DNA from: Actinomycetota bacterium
GTDB lineage: Bacteria > Actinomycetota > Thermoleophilia > Gaiellales > Gaiellaceae
Direction: 5' to 3'
Assembly (NCBI GenBank): GCA_005883965.1
Contig: VAWL01000069.1
Coordinates: forward strand, 1 to 49,297
Length of the DNA: 49,297 nt
In this document: piece by piece, positions 1-6,710 of the stretch
How the letters are laid out: every line of letters starts with the position of its first letter
Numbering within the stretch: position 1 is the first letter of the stretch
The notes under the pieces: model-generated
Told to the model about the DNA's origin: nothing
Seen by the model: the letters and a program-made list of their open reading frames with translations, nothing else
Database searches by the model: none
Program-made: the position numbers and the translations under genes

Positions 1-2
1 CG

Positions 3-563
3 GCGCGCAGCTTCGTGATCCTCTACGTCGTGGACGGGCTGCACGAGTCGAAAACCGTCTCCGGCGAGATCCTGGCCGCGGTCGCTGCCGGGTACGTGGT
101 GGCGGCGGTCTTCGCCGGACGGCTCGGCGACCGGTTCGGGCTCGCCCGCGTGATCTTCTTCGCGTCCTTCGTCTACGGGACCGGCTTCATCGTCGCCGGG
201 CTGGCACAGCACTGGCGGAGCTGGTACCTCGGTCTGATCGCGTTGGTCTCGATCGCCGGCGGCACCGTGATGACGCTCGCGTGGGGCCTCCTCTACAAGA
301 TCGTGCCGGTACAGCATCGTGGAGCCGTCTCGGGCCTGGCGACGACGACCAAGGGAATCGGACTGCTGCTCGGGGCGCCTCTGGCCGGGCTCGCCATCGA
401 CCTCTCGCGTCCGTATCTCGACGCAACGGACGGCTACCAGATTCTCTGGCCGTTCTGCGGGCTGCTGATACTGGCCGCGATCCCGCTGCTCGTGCGCCTG
501 ATGAAGGTCGAGGACGAGCGAAGCGGTGTGGGCGCTGCGGCGGTTCCCTCGCCGCTCCCCTAG
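3..563 (+). CDS. MFS-type transporter, C-terminal portion (5' end outside window)
   Basis: Frame is open from the window edge (track ORF 15..563). Translation is a series of hydrophobic helices (GRLGDRFGLARVIFFASFVYGTGFIVAGL, LIALVSIAGGTVMTLAWGLLY, GLLLGAPLAGLAIDL) typical of the second half of MFS permeases. Confidence 0.7.
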   Translation, partial: ARSFVILYVVDGLHESKTVSGEILAAVAAGYVVAAVFAGRLGDRFGLARVIFFASFVYGTGFIVAGLAQHWRSWYLGLIALVSIAGGTVMTLAWGLLYKIVPVQHRGAVSGLATTTKGIGLLLGAPLAGLAIDLSRPYLDATDGYQILWPFCGLLILAAIPLLVRLMKVEDERSGVGAAAVPSPLP

Positions 564-614
564 TAACGAGATTCGGCAACGGGAGCGGCGCGCCGCGGCC
601 GAGCCCGAGCCCCG

Positions 615-710
615 GGGACAGTCACAGGGACAGTCACAGGGACAGTCTCAGGGACAGTCTCAGGGACAGTCACAGGGACAGTCACAGGGACAGTCTCAGG
701 GACAGTCACT
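615..710. repeat. 12-bp tandem repeat, 8 units (GGGACAGTCACA / GGGACAGTCTCA)
   Basis: Counted directly. Units start at 615, 627, 639, 651, 663, 675, 687, 699. Variant order is CA,CA,TC,TC,CA,CA,TC,CA (last unit ends CT). Lies between the MFS stop (563) and the RAYT start (785). Confidence 0.95.
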
Positions 711-784
711 GTTCGGTGGCGGAGGTGTGACGGAAGCGTCCCGGAGGGCCGGCTCCGCAGGCGTGGTCGCGGTACCTTCGTTGC

Positions 785-1219
785 GTGCCACGAGTTCCGC
801 GGAATGCTCTGCCCGACGGCTACTACCACGTCACGGCTCGTGGGAACCGCGGTGCCAGGATCTTCGTCGACGACCTCGACAGGCTCGATTTTCTCGAGCT
901 GCTCCGCACCACAATCGACCTCTGCGAGTGGCGAGCCCACGCCCACTGCCTGATGGGCACCCACTACCACCTGATCGTCGAAGCCGCCCGCGGGCGCCTT
1001 TCGGAAGGCATGCGCCGGCTCAACGGCATCTATGCCCTTCGGTTCAACCGGCGCCACGGCCTCAAGGGCCATCTTTTCGACGCGCGCTTCTCATCGTTCG
1101 TCCTTCGCGACGACCGGCACCTGACGGCCGCAGTCCACTACGTTCTGCAGAACCCGGTTCGAGCCGGCCTGTGCGACGAGGCGGCGGACTGGCAGTGGAG
1201 CGCCGCTTACCGAACCTGA
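785..1219 (+). CDS. REP-associated tyrosine transposase (RAYT) / IS200-like HUH Y1 transposase
   Basis: GTG start. HUH motif in GTHYHLIVEA, catalytic Tyr context AAVHYVLQNPVRAGL, N-terminal YHVTARGN. A 144-aa single-domain architecture typical of PF01797-type Y1 transposases. Confidence 0.8.
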   Translation: MPRVPRNALPDGYYHVTARGNRGARIFVDDLDRLDFLELLRTTIDLCEWRAHAHCLMGTHYHLIVEAARGRLSEGMRRLNGIYALRFNRRHGLKGHLFDARFSSFVLRDDRHLTAAVHYVLQNPVRAGLCDEAADWQWSAAYRT

Positions 1220-2421
1220 GCGAGCGTCGGAGCCCAGGACGCGATGGGCGAGATGTCGCCGTCGCGGCCGTTCAGCGCCCGGTAGCCGAGCGCGTGCTCG
1301 GCCTGCATCAGCTTGTGGATCTGCGTCGTCCCCTCGTAGATGATCGGCGCTCGCGCGTTGCGGAAATACCGCTCGATCCCGTACTCCGCCGAGTAGCCGT
1401 ACGCGCCGTGCACCTGGATGGCGAGGTGCGCCGCGCGGAAGGCCGACTCCGTCGCGTGCCACTTCGCCAGAGACGTCTCGCGCGTGTTCCGCCGGCCCTC
1501 GTTCTTCAGCCACGCCGCCTGCATCACCAGGAGCTTCGACGTCTCGTAGCCGAGCACCATCTCCGCGATCATGTCCTGCACGAACTGGTACTTGCCGATC
1601 GGCTGGCCGAAGGTCTCCCGCTCGCGCGCGTACTCGACCGACCGTTCGAGGCAGGCGCGCACGACTCCGCAGGCGCCGGCGGCGACGGTGAAGCGGCCCT
1701 GGTCGAGCCCGTACATCGCGATCTCGAAGCCCTGGCCTTCCTCGCCGACGAGGTTCTCGGCAGGCACCTCGACGTTCTCGAAGAAGAGCTCGCCCGTCGA
1801 GCCGGCCCAGACGCCGAGCTTGTGCTCGGTCTCCCGCGTGGTCACGCCGGGCCACTCGCGCTCGACGATGAACGCGGAGATCCCCTTGTGCCGCGCCTCC
1901 GGCTCGGTCTTGGCGAAGACGAGCTGGTGGTCGGCCACCGTTGCGTACGAGATCCAGTTCTTCTGGCCGTTGAGGACGTAGGTGTCGCCCTGGCGCCGCG
2001 CGGTCGAGAGCATCGAGGCGACGTCCGACCCCGCGGCAGGCTCGGTCAACCCGAAGCACGCGAGCTTCTCGCCGCGCGCCTGCGGCACCAGGTAGCGCTG
2101 CTTCTGCTCCTCGGAGCCGTAGCGCAGGAGCGAGAGCGAGTTGAGCCCGACGTGCACCGAGATCAGCGTCCGGAAGGCGGCCTCGCCGCGCTCGATCTCC
2201 TCGCAGGAGAGCGCCTCCGCGACGAAGTCGAGGCCGGCGCCGCCGTACTCCTCGGGGATCACGATCCCGAGCAGGCCCAGCTCGGCCATCCCCTCGATCA
2301 CGCCCATGTCGAGGCGGTGCTCGATGTCGTTCTCGATCGCGTTCGGGAGCACCCGCTCGTCCACGAACGAGCGCACGGTCTCCTGAATCAGCCGCTGTTC
2401 CTCGGTAAGGTCGAACTCCAT
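1207..2421 (-). CDS. acyl-CoA dehydrogenase
   Basis: 404 aa. N-terminus MEFDLTEEQRLIQETVRSFV, then EYGGAGLD, GLTEPAAGSD and C-terminal IYEGTTQIHKL, all hallmarks of the ACAD family. Confidence 0.92.
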   Translation of the reverse strand: MEFDLTEEQRLIQETVRSFVDERVLPNAIENDIEHRLDMGVIEGMAELGLLGIVIPEEYGGAGLDFVAEALSCEEIERGEAAFRTLISVHVGLNSLSLLRYGSEEQKQRYLVPQARGEKLACFGLTEPAAGSDVASMLSTARRQGDTYVLNGQKNWISYATVADHQLVFAKTEPEARHKGISAFIVEREWPGVTTRETEHKLGVWAGSTGELFFENVEVPAENLVGEEGQGFEIAMYGLDQGRFTVAAGACGVVRACLERSVEYARERETFGQPIGKYQFVQDMIAEMVLGYETSKLLVMQAAWLKNEGRRNTRETSLAKWHATESAFRAAHLAIQVHGAYGYSAEYGIERYFRNARAPIIYEGTTQIHKLMQAEHALGYRALNGRDGDISPIASWAPTLAQVR

Positions 2422-3454
2422 GGCGGAGAGTCTATGGAAGCGCTTCGCGGAGCTTCCGGTCGAGATCGAGGGCTACGAGCTCGAGCGACTCGAGAAGCCG
2501 GTCACGCGCGGCTTCACGCGCGTGACGACCGTCGTCCACCTCGGCGGCGGCGGGGAGGAGGGGCTCGGCGAGGATGTCACCTGGTACGCCGAGCACCACG
2601 ACCGCGAGCAGGCGGCCGGTGCAGTGCTGCCGCTGGCGGGCTCGTGGACGCTGGAATCGTTCTCGGATGCGCTGGAGATGGAGGACCCGTGGCGGCGCTG
2701 GGCCTACGAGAGCGCCGCGCTCGACCTGGCGCTGCGCCAGGCACGGACGACCCTCGCCGAGGCGGTCGGACGCGACCCCGAGCCCGTCGCGTTCGTCGTC
2801 TCGCCTGGCCTCGGCGCGCCGCCGACGAGCACGGTCGTACGCCGCTGGCTCGAGCTCGACCCGAACCACCGGTTCAAGGTCGATCCCGCGAGCGACTGGA
2901 CGGACGAGCTGATCGCCGAGCTCGCCGAGACGGGCGCGATCGTCACGGCCGACTACAAGGCCTACTACCGCGCCGAGGGCGACCCGCCCCCCGACGCCGA
3001 CCTCTACCGCCGCGTGGCGGAGGGTTTCCCGGAGGCGTTCCTCGAGGATCCCGCGCTGACTGACGAAACCGAGCTCGTGCTCGCCCAGCACCGCGAGCGG
3101 GTCACCTGGGACGCGCCGATCCACTCGGCCGCGGACGTCGAGGGCCTCGCCTCCCCGCCGCGCGTGCTCAACTCGAAGCCGTGTCGCTTCGGGCGCCTGA
3201 GCGAGCTGCTCGCGTTCTACGCCTACTGCGAGGCGAACGGGATCGGCCTCTACGGCGGCGGCATGTTCGAGCTCGGGCCGGGCCGGGGGCAGATCCAGTA
3301 CCTCGCATCGCTCTTTCACGCCGGCGGTCCGAACGACGTCGCGCCGCGCGCCTACAACGACCCCGAGCCGCGGCCGGGCCTGCCGTCCAGCCCAATCGAG
3401 CCGGCGCCGGAGCCCGCGGGGTTTCGCTGGACCGACCCCGCCGCTACCCTTTGA
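2420..3454 (+). CDS. conserved hypothetical protein, possibly enolase-superfamily (MR/MLE-like) fold
   Basis: 344-aa ORF with good codon bias. It shows an N-terminal capping-domain-like pattern (VVHLGGGGEEGLGE, AYESAALDLALRQA) and barrel-like acidic positions (TADYKAYY, FLEDP, WDAPIHS). The fold assignment is by eye only. Confidence 0.5.
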   Translation: MAESLWKRFAELPVEIEGYELERLEKPVTRGFTRVTTVVHLGGGGEEGLGEDVTWYAEHHDREQAAGAVLPLAGSWTLESFSDALEMEDPWRRWAYESAALDLALRQARTTLAEAVGRDPEPVAFVVSPGLGAPPTSTVVRRWLELDPNHRFKVDPASDWTDELIAELAETGAIVTADYKAYYRAEGDPPPDADLYRRVAEGFPEAFLEDPALTDETELVLAQHRERVTWDAPIHSAADVEGLASPPRVLNSKPCRFGRLSELLAFYAYCEANGIGLYGGGMFELGPGRGQIQYLASLFHAGGPNDVAPRAYNDPEPRPGLPSSPIEPAPEPAGFRWTDPAATL

Positions 3455-3470
3455 CTGACTAGTCAGTCAA
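3451..3470. promoter_or_regulatory. perfect 20-bp palindrome TTGACTGACTAGTCAGTCAA (candidate operator) 10 bp upstream of the acyl-CoA dehydrogenase ATG
   Basis: The reverse complement equals the sequence itself (checked base by base). It overlaps the stop of the upstream ORF (3452-3454) and ends 9 nt before the ATG at 3480. Confidence 0.6.
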
Positions 3471-3479
3471 CATCAAGTC

Positions 3480-4655
3480 ATGGCTACGGCAGAGGCAACA
3501 GGCACCGGCGTCTCCTTCGCGCTGACCGAGGAGCAGCGCGCGCTGCGCGACCTCGCGCACGAGTTCGCGGAGAAGGAGATCCGTCCCGTCGCCGCCGAGT
3601 ACGACGAGCACCAGACCCATCCGGCCGACGTGATCGCCAAGGCGCACGAGGTCGGCCTGATGAACCCGCACCTCCCCGACGAGCTTGGCGGTGCGGGGCT
3701 CGGTGGAATCGCTGGCGCGCTGATCGGCGAGGAGCTCTGCTGGGGCTGCTCGGGGATCGCGACCTCGATCGTGGCCAACATCCTCGGCGCGCTGCCTTTG
3801 GTTCTGGCCGGCACCGAGGAGCAGCGGCGCGAGTGGCTGCCGCCGCTGCTCGAGGAGCCGATCCTCTGCTCGTTCGCACTGACCGAGCCGGACGCCGGCT
3901 CCGACGTCTCCGGGATCCAGACGACTGCGGTCCGCCGCGGCGACGAGTACGTGATCAACGGCTCCAAGATGTTCATCACGAACGCGGGCCGCGCCTCGTG
4001 GTTCACCGTCTTCGCGTCGACCGACAAGGCCGCCGGGCACCGCGGCCTCACGGCGTTCGTCGTCCCGAGCGACGCCGAAGGCGTCACCGTCGAGAAGCAC
4101 CTCGACAAGATGGGCCAGCGGGCGACCGACACCTCGGCGCTCGCCTTCCAGGACGTGGTCGTCCCGGCGGCGCGCCGGCTCGGCGAGGAGGGCCAGGGCT
4201 TCAAGATCGCGATGCAGACGCTCGACCACACGCGGCCGGGAACGGCGGCCGGGGCGGTCGGCGTCGCGCGCGCGGCCTTCGAGCACGCCGTCGAGTACTC
4301 GCGCGAGCGGGTGCAGTTCGGCCAGCCGATCGCGATCAACCAGGGCGTCAACTTCCTCGTGGCCGACATGGCGGCCGAGATCGAGGCGGCACGGCTGCTC
4401 GTCTGGCAGGCGGCATGGCTGCTCGACCAGGGCGAGCGGGCGACCCTGCAGTCGTCCTACGCGAAGCGCTTCGCGGCCGACACGGCGATGAAGGTGACCA
4501 CCGACGCCGTGCAGATCTTCGGCGGCTACGGGTACATGAAGGAGTTCCCGGTCGAGAAGCTCATGCGCGACGCGAAGCTGTTCCAGATCTACGAGGGCAC
4601 GTCTCAGATCCAGCGGCTGGTCATCGCCCGCGAGATCTTCCTGCCGCGGGACTAG
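3480..4655 (+). CDS. acyl-CoA dehydrogenase (short/medium-chain type)
   Basis: 391 aa. Motifs seen: FALTEEQRALRDLAHEFAEKEIRP, ALTEPDAGSD, QIFGGYGY, IYEGTSQIQRLVIAREI. Confidence 0.92.
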   Translation: MATAEATGTGVSFALTEEQRALRDLAHEFAEKEIRPVAAEYDEHQTHPADVIAKAHEVGLMNPHLPDELGGAGLGGIAGALIGEELCWGCSGIATSIVANILGALPLVLAGTEEQRREWLPPLLEEPILCSFALTEPDAGSDVSGIQTTAVRRGDEYVINGSKMFITNAGRASWFTVFASTDKAAGHRGLTAFVVPSDAEGVTVEKHLDKMGQRATDTSALAFQDVVVPAARRLGEEGQGFKIAMQTLDHTRPGTAAGAVGVARAAFEHAVEYSRERVQFGQPIAINQGVNFLVADMAAEIEAARLLVWQAAWLLDQGERATLQSSYAKRFAADTAMKVTTDAVQIFGGYGYMKEFPVEKLMRDAKLFQIYEGTSQIQRLVIAREIFLPRD

Positions 4656-5443
4656 CGGAACCAGTCGGCGAGCGGGGGGCTGCCGCGCAGGCCGGAGAGG
4701 TCGCCGGCCAGGAGCCCGCGGGCCGCAGCTTCCGCCGCTTCGACGCCGGCCCAGGCGAGGCGTGAGCCGACGCTGACGCGCTGGGCGCCGGCGGTGGTGA
4801 TCTCCGCGAACGAGAGGTCGGGAGTCGCGAGCACGTTCACAGGCTGCGAGGCCGCGTCGCAAACTGCCGAGATCTCGTCGGTGGTCTGGAGCCAGGGCGC
4901 ATAGAGCACGTCGGCGCCGACGGCCTCGAAGGCCTGCAAACGCGCAATGGTGTCGTCGAGGTCCGGATTGCCGCGGAGGTGGTTCTCGGCTCGCGCCGTC
5001 AGCGTGAACGGGAATGGCTGCCGTCGGGCCGCCTCGACCGCGGCCGCGACTCGCTCGGTCGCGTGGACGGGATCGTAGAGCCGGCTCTCGCCGGGATCCC
5101 AGTCCTCGATCGAGCCGCCCACCGCCCCCGCCTCGGCCACGCGCTCGATCGCCCGCGCCGCCGCCTCCGGCTCTGCTCCGAAGCCGTTCTCGAGGTCAAC
5201 CGAGATGGGCAGGTCCGTCGCCTCGGCGAGAGCCGAGACATGCGCGGCCACCTCGTCCAAGGTGACCTCGCCGTCGAGCCGGCCGAGCGTGAAGGCGAAT
5301 CCGCCGCTCGTGGTCGCCAAAGCTTTGAACCCGAGCGCTTCGAGCATGCGCGCCGAGCCGGCATCCCATGGGTTCGGGATCACGAACGGTTCGCCCTGGT
5401 GCAGCGCCTGGAACGCCCGGGCCTTCTCCGCTTGCGTCGACAC
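4652..5443 (-). CDS. isocitrate lyase / PEP mutase family protein (2-methylisocitrate-lyase-like)
   Basis: 263 aa, GTG start. Motifs seen: FVIPNPWDAGSARMLEALGFKALATTSGG, DLENGFG, GGSIED. These are characteristic of the PEP_mutase family. Confidence 0.8.
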   Translation of the reverse strand: MSTQAEKARAFQALHQGEPFVIPNPWDAGSARMLEALGFKALATTSGGFAFTLGRLDGEVTLDEVAAHVSALAEATDLPISVDLENGFGAEPEAAARAIERVAEAGAVGGSIEDWDPGESRLYDPVHATERVAAAVEAARRQPFPFTLTARAENHLRGNPDLDDTIARLQAFEAVGADVLYAPWLQTTDEISAVCDAASQPVNVLATPDLSFAEITTAGAQRVSVGSRLAWAGVEAAEAAARGLLAGDLSGLRGSPPLADWFR

Positions 5444-5460
5444 AGCAAGACTTTGCCACG

Positions 5461-6585
5461 ATGGAGCTCCTCGTCAACTTCTGGTACGCGCATCCGGTCG
5501 GCCACGCGGTCGAGGCGCTGCGCTACTGCCTCGGCTACCACGAGGGCGACCATGAGCTCGAGATCAGCCTGCTGCTGAACGGCGCGACTGCGACGGACCT
5601 CGCGGCCTGCTGCCCTTTCGTGCGCAAGACCTACGCCGTGGACTACGTCGACTTCCTTGGACGGACCGGCGATCCCGACGCCGCGCTGGCGGCCGTGCCG
5701 CGCGAATGGGACTACGTGCTCGACGACCAGCGCTCGCGCCAACCCTCCCAGCTCGGGTTCGGCGGCGTGCGTGCCTTCTACCAGGCCTCGCACCGTCATT
5801 TCCGGGCTCGGATCCGGCACGGCACGGCCGGATCGGAGCCGCCCGCCTACGTGCCGAACCGGCGGCTGCGCCTGGAGCTGCCGGCGGAGCTGAGGCAGCG
5901 CGTCGAGCGCGAGCTGGGCTCGACGCCGGTGAGGATCGCGCTGATGCCAGCCGGCTCGAGCGAGCCCGCCCGCTACCCGTCGGTGGCGTCGTGGGAGCTC
6001 ATCGCCGGTGCGCTGGCGGCGGAGTTCCCGGAGGCCGTGTTCTGCCTGGTCGCAAAGCTGGAACGCGACGGGCGCACGTCGAGCTCGGCGACGACGGAAG
6101 GGCTCGACCGGATCGCGGCCGCCGCGGGGAACGTCGTCCGGGCGGTCGACCTGCCGCTTCTGGAGCAGCTCGCGTACGTCGAGGCGTGCTCGGTCTTCGT
6201 GTCACCGCACACCGGATTCGGCTGCGCCGTGCTGGCTGTCGGCACGCCGTGGCTCGCGCTGTCGGGTGGGCCGTGGCACGAGTGGCTCTTCAACGGCGTG
6301 CCCTTCTGGTCCGTCATTCCCGACACCGAGCGGTATCCGTCCTTCACGCAGCTGGGGGGACAGCCCGAGCCGGTCGAGGACGACGGGCCGCGGACGCCGA
6401 GCATGACGCGGGCGCGGATCGAGCGGGATCTCCCTGAGTTGCTCGAGGGCGCACGGGTGCTCGTCGAGGGACGGCTCGAGTACGAGGACGCCTTGAGGCG
6501 GTACTTCCCACGGCTGCTCGAGGCGTACGGCGGCGACCGCTCGCGCGTCTTCTCGTTCGACGGAATCCATCGCGCGTACATCTGA
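5461..6585 (+). CDS. hypothetical protein, GT9 (heptosyltransferase)-like fold suspected
   Basis: ATG at 5461 chosen because the track ORF start (5368) would overlap the divergent gene. The pattern RIALMPAGSSEPARYP...LPLLEQLAYVEACSVFVSPHTGFGCAVLAVGTPWLALSGG resembles the C-terminal half of GT9 enzymes. Confidence 0.45.
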   Translation: MELLVNFWYAHPVGHAVEALRYCLGYHEGDHELEISLLLNGATATDLAACCPFVRKTYAVDYVDFLGRTGDPDAALAAVPREWDYVLDDQRSRQPSQLGFGGVRAFYQASHRHFRARIRHGTAGSEPPAYVPNRRLRLELPAELRQRVERELGSTPVRIALMPAGSSEPARYPSVASWELIAGALAAEFPEAVFCLVAKLERDGRTSSSATTEGLDRIAAAAGNVVRAVDLPLLEQLAYVEACSVFVSPHTGFGCAVLAVGTPWLALSGGPWHEWLFNGVPFWSVIPDTERYPSFTQLGGQPEPVEDDGPRTPSMTRARIERDLPELLEGARVLVEGRLEYEDALRRYFPRLLEAYGGDRSRVFSFDGIHRAYI

Positions 6586-6676
6586 GCCGCCTCCCGGCCT
6601 CGCGAATCGCGCAATTTGGGCCTCGCCGCTGGGGCACCCCTAACCCACCACCCAGTGGCGATCGTATCGGGGAAAA

Positions 6677-6695
6677 TGTGACGAGGCTGTGACGG
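6677..6695 (+). promoter_or_regulatory. direct repeat TGTGACGA-GGC-TGTGACGG upstream of the VanW-domain gene
   Basis: Read directly. Near-identical to the motif at 10626-10644 (GTGACGAnGnTGTGACG, 15 of 17 positions identical). Confidence 0.5.
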
Positions 6696-6710
6696 GTCAG
6701 CGCCGAATGT

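Noticed and set aside
615-710. Possibility that the 12-bp array is a CRISPR array or a coding repeat
   Set aside because: The units are contiguous with no spacers and far shorter than CRISPR repeats. All frames through it belong to ORFs that are otherwise unsupported. It is kept as a tandem repeat only.
526-3063. 845-aa track ORF, the second-longest in the window, containing a GQSQ repeat
   Set aside because: Arg/Pro/Ala-rich low-complexity translation typical of an off-frame read in high-GC DNA. It runs through the tandem repeat, out of frame across the RAYT gene and antisense to the well-supported acyl-CoA dehydrogenase. No recognisable motif.
3459-4862. 467-aa and 298-aa minus-strand ORFs over 3459-4862
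   Set aside because: Antisense to the second acyl-CoA dehydrogenase. No motifs, Arg-rich.
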